63,328 nucleotides of DNA, filler included, from Reticulomyxa filosa (GCA_000512085.1; 22 parts of 22 records of this genome joined end to end with filler, not necessarily neighbours in it); one strand, 5' to 3'; positions 1 to 12,919 are shown, counted from the first letter of the whole stretch. The notes: a model not told the origin generated them from the sequence alone. A program made the numbers and translations.

Positions 1-672
1 GGACGAAGGGATACCCTGCGTTGCAATACTCTTGCAATCTCTTCCTATTATATATGATGTATACATACATATATACATATATACATATATACATATATAC
101 ATATATACATATATATATATATATGTGTATGTATATGTATATGCGTATGTGCATAGTTGCTCGAATAAGTGATAGGATTGCAATAGATAAAAAAATAAAG
201 TAAGGTAATAATATGAATATGCATTTATTATGTGTGATTGCTATCGAAACGGGATTGTAATCTTCATTCGTGATGACATTGTTGGGCAGAACGTTGGATG
301 TGACAGACGATTCCGTTCCATTTGTGTCTACCCCTTGGCGCAGGTTCACTCGGCTCACTTCTTGACGTTCCACAAAAATTCCATGGTTCTTTTTGCAATG
401 GAAGTATTCAACTCCATCAATACTGCCGTCCGTTCCTCCTTCCACTTCATGCTCCAATTCTATTCCTATCCATTCCCCTTCTTTACCTTTACGCTCTCCA
501 GCATATCGCACAATCCCACGTTGTCCGTCTTTTATTATTGTCGGTCGGCGCTAAAAAAAAAAGATCCATTTGAGCTTTCACAATCTTAGACACAATTTAT
601 ACCTGACAATGTCTCAACATATTCGCCCACTTTCAACGACCATTCGGATAATCTTCTGCCATGCATTGCCAT
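1..672 (-). CDS. CAP-Gly domain protein, N-terminal part (spliced; truncated at window start)
   Basis: Not in the ORF track. Manual minus-strand translation: ATG at 672, MAMHGRRLSEWSLKVGEYVETLS, intron, then DGQRGIVRYAGERKGKEGEWIGIELEHEVEGGTDGSIDGVEYFHCKKNHGIFV, a textbook CAP-Gly pattern. A (TA/CA)n intron follows at about 45-230. Confidence 0.88.
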
Positions 673-1786
673 CCGTTCTTGTCTCCTCAAAAATAAAAGA
701 AGGAAAGAAAAATGGAGTTTTTTTACTTTTAACAAAGATTTGTAGTTAAAGTAGAATAACTCTTTTCAGTCAATTGCAATGCTACTTGACTTTTTTTATT
801 TTTTTTTTAATTTGCAATGTATACCATTTTAATTTACACATAACAGTTAAGTTATGATTTCCACATTCACCAACAATAATGTTACAATCAATAAAGAATT
901 TTTTTTTTTTTTGTCCATTTATGAATGTCAAAACATTTGAATCTGCCGATTTCTGATGTTATGAAGAAGTCAGTTGCTTAATTGATTATATCATACTTAT
1001 AATCACTATTCTTTGTTTGCACCATATTTAAAATGAAAAATTGTAAAATATTAAATTAAAAAGAAATAAAAATTGACAATACCATTCTAAAAATAAAATT
1101 AAAAAGCAAGCGCTTATTTTGATTGAAGTTATTACATCAAGCTAGTGTATTTTCATTTCGTTTGTGTTAATCATATACAGCTTTTATTTTGGTTATCTGA
1201 ATATAGCACTAACACCTTTCGTTTAGTTGTTTGGGTCAAACATGTATTACTTTGGCTTGACTGTTCGACTAGTCTGTAGAAGCAATGTTAAGCTATTTCA
1301 CTTAATGGAATTTCAATATTTTATAGTATAAATTTGAAAAGACTTGGAAAGAGTAATTAAGTACGCAGTTTATTTGCTAAAAGAAAAATTTTCTTATCAG
1401 ATAATCAAATTTGCAGATTACGTGCAAAGTAAGCGTGAGCGTATATTCGCAGCATCTTCTGTTCCCTAAACAAAAAGGAATGACGATTAATTTTTTCGAA
1501 GTTTACAAAAGCTCTATTATATATTATGCCAAAGTTTCTCATAGACAAAATGGAAATGATTGCCACAAAAAGCGACATAACTAAAAATCAACGTATAAAC
1601 TAACAAATTATTTACATATAACGTAATCAGATTATTTGCCATTGGCACAGAACACCATACGTAAATATCTTTTTATTGGCAACACTTTCAAAAAATAAAC
1701 TTAAAATGCTTGAGAAAAATTTTGAAGCGTGAACACCGAAATCTTCTTAGAACAAAGGGGGAGAGCAACAATCTAAGAAAAACATT

Positions 1787-2375
1787 ATGTCCGAAATTTC
1801 TGAACGTGAAAAAGATAAGGAAAAAGAAATTTCCCAATCAAGTAGTAATGGTCTAACATATCGCAAGCAGCTTATGGTGAGCGGTGAGGGCTATGTGAAT
1901 ATCACTACCGCAGTGGAGCGTGTGATACGTGAGAGCAAAATACGAAATGGTTTTGTGAGTGTGAACGCAATGAACACATATGCGTCTGTGTTTATCAATG
2001 ACCACGAAGGCGGTTTACACGAGGATTTTGATGCATTTTTGGAAAAGACAGTTCCAACAGACAAAAATATAGACGGCAAACCCTATCGCGTGCAAAATGC
2101 GCACGCGCATATTCGGCGGCAGCTGTTTGGTCGGGGAGTAGTTATTGCACTAACAGGTAACTTTATTGCAAAAAAAATAACAATGATAAAAATGACCTCA
2201 TCTCGAATTGCATTTAATTTTTTTTTTTGACAAAAAAAAAGATGGAAAATTTGATCACGGTCCTTGGGAACAGATTTTTTACAAAACATTTCTTGGTACA
2301 AAATCCGAAAAAAAATCATCTGACACGGCAACAAAGGGAGACGAGCAAGTCTTAATTAAAATTGTTGGAGTGTAA
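1787..2375 (+). CDS. yjbQ: YjbQ/UPF0047 family protein (2 exons)
   Basis: NITTAVE..SKIRNGFVSVNAMNTYASVFINDHEGGLHEDF..NAHAHIRRQLFGRGVVIALT, a GT-AG intron at about 2157-2241, then DGKFDHGPWEQIFY..VLIKIVGV*. Matches the YjbQ consensus along its length. Confidence 0.88.
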
Positions 2376-4176
2376 AAAAAAAACATCAAAATATCAATTA
2401 TTTTGCTTGTCTTTCACTTTCTGATATTGTCGTTTTTATTCCCGCATTTTTTATCGTTAGAAATACTTAAATCAGTAAATTGCGCAAATAAACCTTGAAA
2501 AAGCTTTTTTAGCAATGTTTATTGCTATATTCGTGCTTTTTTACTTCAGCTGTCTATTACGACAAAAAATCCCACAGGGACGTGGCGAACCCTTTTTATA
2601 ACTCACATTTTTTGAAGTAAATATGAATTTTGCTTTTTCATAGCTTTGCCCTTAGCTGATATGAAAAAAATATAGTAAGCCGCACTTCAGAATAAGTGGT
2701 ATTCCCAATTATTTTGTCAAGAGCCAATGGGGATAAATACCCACTCCAAAAAAGGCTACTCTAATTTTTCTTTGTGAGAGCTTATTTTATTCTATAGAAT
2801 TCAATGTGTAATTAATTACTTTTTTTGGATAAACAGGCATTGAAGTGATAAGAAAAAATTAAATACTTTCTGTGAGAAAATGTAAACAAAATAAAAATTC
2901 ATATTTGAGTGTTGACGTTTGAAAAACATTATTTGGTCTCATTTTGAATTTTCCATTTTAATCAAACGAGAGCAGTTCCTTCAGAAAAAACTTTTTTAAA
3001 ACTGTTAAAAACTTATCTCATAGCATAGATAGTCCAGCTGAAACAAAAAGGAAGATTTTCTATTTCTGGAAGCTTCAGGAAAGACCAAGTAACTTTTACA
3101 AACTACAGAAATCAAGACATTAATCTACAAATCGAAAAACTACAAAAACAGTTTTTGCATTATCCTTTTCATTTTTTCCAGTTATTTAGTTCAATTGTTA
3201 ATAGATAATTTTTTTAAAAAAAAGGGAAAGGTTAAAGAAAGGTATTTAGAAAGAAATAACTAGTCGAAAACCTGAAAGAGTATTCAATGAAAAAAGACGG
3301 TCAAATTGAATAACTCAACTTATCAATAATAGCTATTTCATGTAATGGAATGGATGGACTACTAGGTGACTGTGGTGGAAGTGGGAGATTGATATTAATA
3401 GAATCAAAATATCGACATCAATTAAATTCTAATGATTGGAAACTATTTTTTGGAACTGTCCCACGTATTGAAGAAAATCAATGCAAAAATAAACAAGGCA
3501 GAATTGCGATTAATGATATTGAGTTATTACCCTAATGTATCGAAAATGCTGACAAATAATTGAAATGATGTCTATTTTAAAAATTGCAGAAATAATGATC
3601 AAAACAACATTTATTCATATAAACATGCATGCAATGAAATGATAAAACAATGCCAAATTGTGTTTGGAGATTCATATTGGGATATGCAAAGAAGTTAATT
3701 TCCGATTGTATCAACCAAAAAAAAAAATTAAACATTTTGTGAAGGCATGAGATAAAATACAAAATTGGAATAAAATGTTTACTTAGTAGCTTTACACTAC
3801 GTGTAATACGAACTGTTGTTCCTTTGAGCAAATTTCACTATAAAACAAAATGTAATCAAATAAAGGGAAATATTAAATGAAATAAAATAAAACAAGTAAT
3901 AAAAAAAAAGTAAATAAGTTTTGGTAAAAAGTATATTTCAAGATTCACTTGAACATTGTCAACAATCGGTAAAGTTTTGTCCTACATCAGATGACAAAAG
4001 TAAAGAATATTTTTTTTAAAAAAAATGCTTGATTTGAGGGATTTGTATTCCTTTATGATAATGTAAACCTGTTTTGTGTTTTCAAATAATCATTATATTT
4101 TGTAGTTGTGTGCCAGCAGTAAAAGAGAAAGGGAGATTATCTTAAGCTAAACAAATCGTTTGGGTCGTTAATAGCG

Positions 4177-4766
4177 ATGGGAGGTTGTTGCGTGGCACCT
4201 CCAGTGACTGGTGGAGATGGAGCAGAGACGTTTAATGATAGTGAAGATAATGATGTGAATGCGGGTCTAGTGGGAGCGAGCGAAGTGAGCACTAAAGCAG
4301 TGGGGCCAGCTCAAGATGAAGAAAAGGAAGCAAAGCGAGAGCAGCAAGAACACGATCACGATCACGACCACGATCACGATCACGAGCATGAACATGAACA
4401 TGAGAAAGAAGTGGCAATGAGTTTGATCAACAAGAGCAGAGAGGAGACCCAAGTAGAAGAAGTCGAAGCAGTGGTATATCCAACACAGACAAAATCCGAA
4501 CCGGAACCCGAAGTGGAGATAAAAGCCCAATCAGCAAAAGGAGAAGCAGAAGCAGAAGCAGAAGCAGAAGAGGAAAAGAAGAAAAAGGCTGAGATGGAAA
4601 AGGAGCGTGTAGAGAGAGAGTTGGCTGAAAGACGTGAGCAGGAGGCATTGGAAGAGGAGAGGAAGAGGAAGAAGAGAGAAGAAGAAGCAGCAGCAGCAGT
4701 AGAGATGGAGAGACAAAAAAGACTTGCAAAAGAAAGAGAAGAGGAAGAGAAAGAAAAAGAGAAAGA
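4177..4766 (+). CDS. Hypothetical protein with N-terminal MGGCC acylation motif, (HD)n/(HE)n tract and E/K/R charged helix; 3' truncated
   Basis: Open frame from ATG to the contig end. Gly2 plus CC motif; purine-rich coding-like composition. Confidence 0.7.
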
Positions 4767-4866
4767 NNNNNNNNNNNNNNNNNNNNNNNNNNNNNNNNNN
4801 NNNNNNNNNNTTAATTAATTAANNNNNNNNNNNNNNNNNNNNNNNNNNNNNNNNNNNNNNNNNNNN
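4767..4866. other. Artificial contig linker N44-TTAATTAATTAA-N44 (stops in all six frames); 21 copies in the window
   Basis: Identical 100-nt spacers also start near 12004, 15643, 16837, 18541, 20605, 23233, 25463, 27386, 29450, 32624, 35603, 41634, 42816, 44610, 46371, 49117, 50543, 57136, 59869 and 61970. Confidence 0.99.
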
Positions 4867-4874
4867 AAAAAAAA

Positions 4875-4909
<35 letters not shown>

Positions 4910-7823
4910 CATAACACTTGGACAGATTCAGCTTTAGCATCCAAGGGCGCGAGTGAAGAGTTTTTGTTTGGGTCGGTGGACAGTTTAGTGTCGTCGTCGG
5001 GATCGGTTGCTTCCTCGGGCTTGAGTAAAGGATCTTCGGTGAAGAGCGGCTGACTGATAAGAAAAGCCACGTCGTAACGATACTTGGTGACTGTGTCTTT
5101 GGAATCTTTCCCCTCTTCGTGGGAGGAAGAGATGCTCTTTTGCTCCATGAGACCATGATCGAGATTACGGAAATTGGTCAAGCTGCTTCGATTACTATGG
5201 ATTTCATTGGCGCCGTTGTTGATTAGATTGTCGGCCGTATGATTGTTGGCACCGATGGCACTGACATTGAAATTGGCATTGAAAGCGGCATTGGCCTTTG
5301 GTGTGGAGGACGAAACATGAGCTTTGGATGCTCTTTCTGTGGTTTGAAGATGCTCCTTGTTAACAACGACCTCTTTTTCGTGACGGGTCTCCGGGTTGCT
5401 TGCAACCGTCTTGGTACTGTAACTAATGCGTTTCTCGCCATTGTTATTGTTCGTATTACTGCCTTCGCTGTTTAAACTATAGGCAGCACGCTGGATTTCA
5501 TCAGTGTCATTCATGAATTGTAAGTCACCAAATTCGTTGTTCATCATCGCCAAGGCCACGATTTCGTGAATACGTTTCAAGTATTTCTGCTTCTTTTTTT
5601 TTTCTTTTTTGCGTTGTCTCCTTTCGAATTCGTCATTGCTACTGTCGTCCCTATCCTTATTCTTGTCTTTATCTTTGTTTTTGTCTTTGTCTTTATCTTT
5701 GTCTTTATCTTTATCTTTGTCATCGTCGCCATGCTTATGCTTACTCTCCTTTCCTTGACGCTTTTTTAAACGTCGTTCCTTTCTTCGCTTGCGCTCTTGT
5801 TCATATCGCACATTTTCGTCGTCGATACTCTGAAGACGCTTCATGTCATTCTTCGTCAAGATGCTCGACACCACTTCCTCACTCCTCTTCTCCTCGTCTT
5901 TTTCTTCTTTCTCGACACGAGCCTCGTTTCCATAGTCCTGCTCACGCTCTTGATGTTTATTGCTTATGATCATGATTATGATTATGATTGTGATTGTGGT
6001 TATGATTATGGTTATGGTCATGCTTATGTTTGTGTTTGTGTTTGTGCTTATGATCACGGTCACGTTCACGTTTATGTTCATGTTCACGTTCATCCTTATG
6101 ATTATCATGTCTGTGCCTATGCTTATGCTTACTCTTTGTTCTATGTTTGTGCGGGTGCCTATGTTTGTGTTTGTGATCATGATCGTGCCTGTGTCTATGT
6201 TTGTCGTGTCTATGTCTATGCTTGCGACTGTGATTGTGATTGTGATTGCGATTGTGATTGTGATTGTGATTGTGATTGTGTCTGTGTTTGGACTTGGTAT
6301 GCTTTTGTTTCTTTTTATGTCTCTTTTTGACCTTGTTCTTGTTGTTGTTGTTGTTGTTGTTGGCCCCTCCAATTTCACTTCTGTTGTCGCTCGTCTTGAT
6401 ATTGTCATCTGTCTCTTGCTCGCCATCGGTATCACTACTCCAATCGCTATCGTCGCTGTCACTGTTGCTGTCACTGTATTCGCTACTGTTACTGCTGTTG
6501 CTCTCACTACTGCTGCTGTCGCTCCCGCTGCTACTGTCCCCACTATCATCACTGTCACTACTGTCGGTACTTTCGCTTTCATCGTCGGTATTATCCTCAC
6601 TGCCATCTTTTATTTTTTGTTCACATTATATTATGTCATTATTTAACAAAGAGCAAAAAAAAAAAAAAAGAGATACATTGACCTTTGTCATCTCATTTCA
6701 TGTTGTCCTTCTCTTCAATGAAAGATAAAAAAAAGATAGGGCAAGTAGACACCCAACTCGGATTATGATGATTTTCATTGGTCTCCGGATAAGGGACAGA
6801 CGCAACGGTGGCAATGTCGAGTCCAGTGTGTGAGTTTTTAGGTGACACGATGACCCCGTCGGACTTGCTCGCGGTGATCACAAGCGGCTCTTTCGGCAAC
6901 GCGTCCAACGCAATCGACAAATCGCTGCCATTGTCCTCCACACGGACGTGTGATAACATGTCCTGGCGAGAGTTACCATTGTCGCTTTTGTCATTGTTAT
7001 TGTTATTATTATTATTGTTATTGCCATTGTTATTGTGTTTGTCATAGCTATCATAGTTGTTGTCATTGTCGTCATTGTAACGGTCGTGTGAATGATCATT
7101 TCGACTGCCAATGCTCTTGGGTACTCTTGATGACGGTGGCTCGCTGTACATCATTAGGCTGTCCTCTTTCATTTCCTCGCTGTCCGGAGAGGCTGTATCA
7201 AAACTCGTGTCAAAGTTACTACTACTGTGCGGCACAAAAATAGGTGGTGATGTTGCTGCTATTACTGTTGCCACTTTTGGTATTGGCGATGTCTTTGTGC
7301 TCACTTTTATCTTATTGCTCGTTGCTATGTTCTTCACTTTCGATTTCGACGTTTGTGGACTTGCTATCTTTTCATCATTCATGTCCATTTCGAAAATTTC
7401 AATTTCTTCCTTTGCTTTGCTTGCTATTGTCGTCTTATTGCCGGTAATGCTGTTTTGGTTATTATTATTATTATTATTATTATTGTAATTATTGTTATGA
7501 CTATTGTCATGGTTATTGTTAATGTCATTGTCATCTCTCTTCTTCTCTGCCTCTTTCGCGCTCGACTCCTCCCAAAATATTGCCTCCGTCATCTTTGCTA
7601 TCTCTTCATCACTATTATCCAACATCGCGGCTGTCATTACGTCGTCCAATATTTCTTCCTCAACTACTTCGTTGTGGTTGGCGAAATAGCCTCGTGTTGG
7701 CTGCCCTGATGGCAATACATTATCATTATCTGAATCACCAAGGACATCTGCTATGTCAAGGCCATCATACTCCTTCACTTCTTCTGATCCATATCCATCG
7801 TTTCCAGCTGCGTCTGCAGCCAT
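4867..7823 (-). CDS. Large low-complexity protein (acidic, Asn, Ser-Asp and His-rich tracts) ending in a probable CHAT-domain start; 3' truncated
   Basis: Exon 1 is the 7823 ORF. Exon 2 reads DGSEDNTDDES..KHRHNHNH.. in a frame offset from the ORF track until a one-base slip near 5960, then ..YRYDVAFLISQPLF..LAPLDAKAE, which resembles the start of CHAT domains (hydrophobic strand-S-x-P ... L-D-x-x-x-E). Confidence 0.6.
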
Positions 7824-8167
7824 TTTTTTTTAATCTATTTCAAAACAAAAGGAGAAAAAAATTCGAGGTTGGCGAACGTCGTCGTTTCTTGTTTTCTTTT
7901 TTAAAATTTTCTGCTTTAAAATATTGATAAATTTGTATCTCAAACTGTATTTTTCTTTGTCAGACACAGAACTAGATGAGACATTTGGCAATGTTCTTTA
8001 TGAAATAAACGTTTTTTTAATTAAATCATGTGATACACTCCAGTAAATGTAGAACTTTTCATAAACTTGAGTGGTAAGTAATTTAAAGCGAAACAGTTTC
8101 CAATAAAGTTTTGTTTTTCGTTTAAAAAAAACTTCATTTGAGTTTTTTTTTTGCAAATCAATCGCAG

Positions 8168-9255
8168 ATGCAGTTTAATAATTTATCTGTGTTGGGTTTT
8201 TCGTCCGCTGCGGTGATAGTAGCATTGATAATTGTTGTAATTACAGTAGTGTTACTTCGAAATAAATCAGGCACAGTGATTACAAGCGTTAAAGCAACAG
8301 TATTGCTTCATGGGCCCATTGACTCTGGAAAAACTCTTTTGTTCTACACAGTTCGGAGTGCATTGACTATGTGCAACAAAATGTATGAAATATAACCCGA
8401 AAGAAAGAAAAGGGGAGGAAGAAGCAAAAAAGGCGTCCCATAAACTGGGTATGAACATTCTGCCATGACAAACATATTATATGATAATAAACATAGTTGT
8501 TGAACGGAAAATTACAACCAACCCAAACATCAATGGAAGAGAATGTGGAAGTGATGAAGATTCACCCACAAATACTGCATGACTCAGACAATGAAAGTCT
8601 GTCGAAATATAAATTTGAACTGATTGATTTTCCGGGACATTCCTCTCAAGAAACCAAACTGAATCAATTTATCCCACGAGTAACTGCCGTTATTCTGTTG
8701 CTCGATCCCTCTTCATCGGACTTTTGCGCAACTGGAGCCAAGTTTGGTGCCAAGGCCTTGAACCATGCAGCGTGCATATTCTCCCCACTAGTGTTCATTC
8801 TCTTTGTGCACCCAATTTCTCTGTCACAAATAAAACACTCCCTACAGAATGTTGTACTCATTGCTCGAACGCAAAAATTTTGCAAACAAGAAAGTCCCGA
8901 TTTTGGTGTGCATCAATAAAGCTGATTTAAGCAATATCGAATCTATTGCGTCGATAAATTCAAAGATTTTGAAAGAAATGTTTTTAACTTTTTTTTTTTT
9001 AATTGTTATTTTTCAATGAAAAGAATATCTTTTATTTTTTGTTTTTTAAAAATATATATATGGATTAGTAATAAATTGAAAGAATCACAGTCGACAATGA
9101 CAAGCATTCAAAATGAGGAAGACGAAACGACCACTATTGGAAAACCAGGAGAAGACTTGACTTGGGAAGACCTCCCGTCCTCGATATCCTTTGGTCGCAT
9201 CAGTGTGAAAGAAAAAAATTTGACTGACGTGTTACACTTCTTTGCAACTTTGTGA
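8168..9255 (+). CDS. SRPRB: Signal recognition particle receptor beta subunit (spliced)
   Basis: N-terminal TM helix, P-loop LLHGPIDSGKTLLF, TQTSMEEN, IDFPGH, ILVCINKAD, and a C-terminal IGKPGEDLTWEDL..ISF typical of SR-beta. Confidence 0.9.
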
Positions 9256-9559
9256 TAAGGAGAACTCTATAAATTCACAATTGAATATTGAATTTATTTT
9301 TTTTTTGTTATCCTTCTCTCAAGTTTTTCCTTTAATCCCATAAATGTTTTCAAAAGTTCAAAACCTTGCAAAACTTACAAAGCTTATTAAATTTTGACAA
9401 CCCTTGCCTTACTAGATTGAAGGGCTTGCCTAATTTTATTGTTGTTGTGTATCTGTAAAAAATTGGGATGCAACGAAAAGAAAAAAATGATATTCGATAT
9501 AATGATCTTTTTTTAATTAAAATTAATTAACTTTTGATACAAAAAAAAAAAAAAGAAAA

Positions 9560-10390
9560 TCATAACTTGGAAAGATGCGAAGGAGAAAAAACAAAATGGA
9601 ACAAAAAGTCGTGTACCAGTTGAGTATAAAGAGTTTTATATTGATAGTAATGCAGAACATGTTGTGAGTCCTTAAAATTGAAAGACTCGACAAAACCTAA
9701 GTTTCCCGAAGCTTGCTGTGCTATTTCTGCAAATGCCTCAACGGTATTATGATCAACAACGCGATCACCAGTGCTGTACAAAAACAAAGAGGGAGTTTTG
9801 GTATTCGCTGCAGTCAACAGCTTCCAATAATTCCACATTACTTGCCGTGCATTGCTATGCGCTGGCTGCAGCATTATTCCACACATGCCCAGATTAAAGC
9901 ATCCATAACTCATCTCAAACAGGAGCTTTCCAACATACGACTTGTCGAGCAATTCACGGTATTTGGCGGGGACTATCACATTCTTATAGAAATTTCGGAA
10001 TGCCGACCACTGTCCGAACGTATATCCTGGCAGTGAATCACAGATAATCGCGTCGATTTTAAAGTTATGTTTATTTGGTTGTGATTTCATTTCGTTCTGC
10101 ATCGATGCCAATTGTAACCCACCACTATTCGAAAAAGCGTGCACAATTACCTTTTTCACCATTGTGTTGCTTTTGTCCTTATAAAATTCATGTATCTCTT
10201 CCAATATCGCATTGATTTCGGTGGGAGGCAATACAATTCCATGTGTTACTGGGGCTGGTGTCACCGAACGGAATCTTAGCTTTGCTGAAGGGAGGAGGCT
10301 GGGAATCAAACTTTTATAAATTTCACGATACTTGTCCAAGTGTTGGATTTTACAGCCATACCATCCCAGCAACAAAACAAATATATCCAT
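9560..10390 (-). CDS. TMEM53/DUF829 family alpha/beta-hydrolase-fold protein (intronless)
   Basis: LLLGWYGC..HLDKY, HAFSNSG, ICDSLPG, LFLYSTGDRVV, FKDSQHVLHY motifs. Confidence 0.9.
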   Translation of the reverse strand: MDIFVLLLGWYGCKIQHLDKYREIYKSLIPSLLPSAKLRFRSVTPAPVTHGIVLPPTEINAILEEIHEFYKDKSNTMVKKVIVHAFSNSGGLQLASMQNEMKSQPNKHNFKIDAIICDSLPGYTFGQWSAFRNFYKNVIVPAKYRELLDKSYVGKLLFEMSYGCFNLGMCGIMLQPAHSNARQVMWNYWKLLTAANTKTPSLFLYSTGDRVVDHNTVEAFAEIAQQASGNLGFVESFNFKDSQHVLHYYQYKTLYTQLVHDFLFHFVFSPSHLSKL

Positions 10391-11059
10391 GCGATATGAA
10401 ATTTTTTAAATTCAACAATTGACCTCCTTTGACAAGTTTTTCTGTTGACAATTTCTGTGAAATACATTTACTGTGCCATTTAAATACGTGAAACAATAAC
10501 GTTTAAAATATTCTGGTTCAGCGACACGTAAACAAAAGTTAACTACGAAAAATTTGTCATTAATTTCTGCTTGTTTGGTAGTTGCTATCAGCGAATTGAT
10601 TAACACATATACTTGGAATGCTGCAACAATTGTCCAAGTTTTGAATTTCTTTAAAAAAAAGAATGTACCAAATTATCGACTTATACTGGGATAAAAATTT
10701 CCTTTACTGATCTTTCAAACTAAAAAACGTAACAAATGATGCTACAGAAAAAAATCTGGAACAAGACCACTTTAAGAAAATCTTCAATCCATCATAATTT
10801 TCTCTTTTTGCTAATCTTGAAAACAAATTTGAACAAGTCAAACTGTTATTACTTCAACTAGCTGTCATCACATGTCAATTTTTGGGCTTGTAATTTAATA
10901 ATTCCTTATTTTTTTTACATAATCTATCTTTGCTCAAGCGCTACTGTCGATAATAAATGAAATAAACGTGCTTAAAAATAAATCAAAAAAGAATTTTTTT
11001 TCTAAAATAAACATATCTTGGTTATTGTAACCATTTTAAAAAGATAATTGATCAGTCGA

Positions 11060-12003
11060 ATGGAGGAAAATACTGTCAGAAGCTCGTTTGATCAATTGCC
11101 TTGGACACTTCTAATCCCAATATTTTCATTCTTACTTGACGAAGCCCCTTTACCAGACTGTTTAACGCTTGTGAGCAAAACGTTTCGTCAAGTGACGTAT
11201 GCGCATCCACACTTGTTGTTTGGCTTTGGAGTGAGAGTAGACCCATCATTTTCATTTAAAGCAAATCAAGCGTTGCAAATTGGGAAAGGAGATGTAAGAG
11301 ATTTGTCCGGGAAGAGAAACGTGGTAATAAAAGAAGCCGCAGCATTTGGCGGAGTTTTCCCATTGGAGAGAATGCCCATTTATCACGTTACGGAAAATTG
11401 CACGTGGGATGTGATCAAGCCAATTTTCGAAAGAGTTTTGAAAAAAAAAGGGGAGAAAAAAAAACTTGTAAATTGATAAAAAAACGTAGTTGTTTATTTT
11501 ATGACAAAAAAAAAAAAAAAGGATAAGTGGAAATGTACGCTTCATGGTTTGGAATAGTCCAAAGTTTCTGTCAACGAAGCTCGAAGAAAAAGAAGAGTTA
11601 CCAACATTTGAGAATTGCTCAGTGTTTTCGTTGCTATTGAAACATCAATGGTCGAAAGCCAGTGTCGATTTGAACACCCGTTTTCCCAGTTTGGTGTATC
11701 TGCAATTGAGTGTGGAAAACTTGGCGCACGTGGCAAGGATTCAATCGTTTCTAATGCGCTGCGACAAAACGCTGCGTGTTTTGTTGCTCGACTTTAGCAT
11801 TCTGGTCAATCAAGGATATCAATTAAAAGAAGACCTTTCCTTGAAACTACCCCAAATTGGAAATGTTTCGATTGTCCTTCGTTCGTCATATTGAGCGCTT
11901 TTCTATCGACTTTGAACAGTGCAAGGATCATTTGAAATATTTAGTTGTTGGTATGCTTTTTTTTTTTTTTTTGTTTTGTTTTGTTTTGTGTTTTTTTTTT
12001 TTT
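11060..12003 (+). CDS. F-box-like protein (spliced, 3' truncated)
   Basis: FDQLPWTLLIPIFSFL..LTLVSKTFRQV fits the F-box consensus; Leu-rich downstream exons. Confidence 0.6.
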
Positions 12004-12103
12004 NNNNNNNNNNNNNNNNNNNNNNNNNNNNNNNNNNNNNNNNNNNNTTAATTAATTAANNNNNNNNNNNNNNNNNNNNNNNNNNNNNNNNNNNNNNNNN
12101 NNN

Positions 12104-12138
<35 letters not shown>

Positions 12139-12919
12139 TGATTGTGACATATGTGCGTTTTTTTTTTTACCAAGTGCAACCATTGGTCTTCGTGTGCTGC
12201 ATTTTCGGAAATAATCCCATTGTGGTGTTGGAACGACAACACACCGCGGCTTCGTTCGTATTGAGGGATGCCGCTTGAAAAAGAGAGTTTCATCCAACTC
12301 CTGAAACAATAGCTGCAGCAATTAATTCAAAAGACCTTTTCCTCTTTTTTTTTAGTGGAAAACAAAAAAAAAAAAAAAAAGGGATCTTGTCGCCCCCTTC
12401 CACACCCTTAATACATTTGTTGAACTTTTTTTTTTTTTTTTTTGCGCTCCTTTTTTTTCTCTCACAACTGCTCCCCTTTTATCCTCCTTCCCACGGTATT
12501 TTATTGCAATCTGATTTTTACCTTAGTTTAATTGTACTTGCGTTGTCAAACTATCGCTCAAATTGCTTAGGATATGAATACTTTCGTAATGTCAGGGCGT
12601 TGAAAGCTTCAACTAAAAAAATTCTAGATTAAATGGGGGGCTCTCTGGTCAACTCTTTCAGTTACTTTGTTTCCAAACTGTGAAACCGGCTAATCAACTT
12701 GAATATAAAATGAAATTTTTTTTTTTGAAATAACTTCGATCCGTTTTGCAAGTAAGCTTTAAAAATATATCTTTTTTTTTATTTTGCAAAACTTTATATT
12801 TAAAGATATTACAATCATTGACAGCAAAAGACATATGCATTGGAAAGATTTGACTATGGAATATTTGTGTCAGCAAAAGAAGAGGAATTTTTTAGTCATA
12901 AAAAAGGTGAGGAGACATC

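Noticed and set aside
2565-2750. Cluster of short hairpins downstream of yjbQ as an ncRNA
   Set aside because: No recognisable boxes or family; stems are short and plausible by chance in AT-rich DNA.
4767-4866. Regularly recurring TTAATTAATTAA palindromes flanked by Ns, as a repeat or CRISPR-like array
   Set aside because: Identical synthetic 100-nt contig linkers; not biological.
5797-7709. Many plus-strand ORFs with poly-DC, poly-VI or poly-L
   Set aside because: Antisense shadows of tri- and hexanucleotide repeats in the minus-strand gene.
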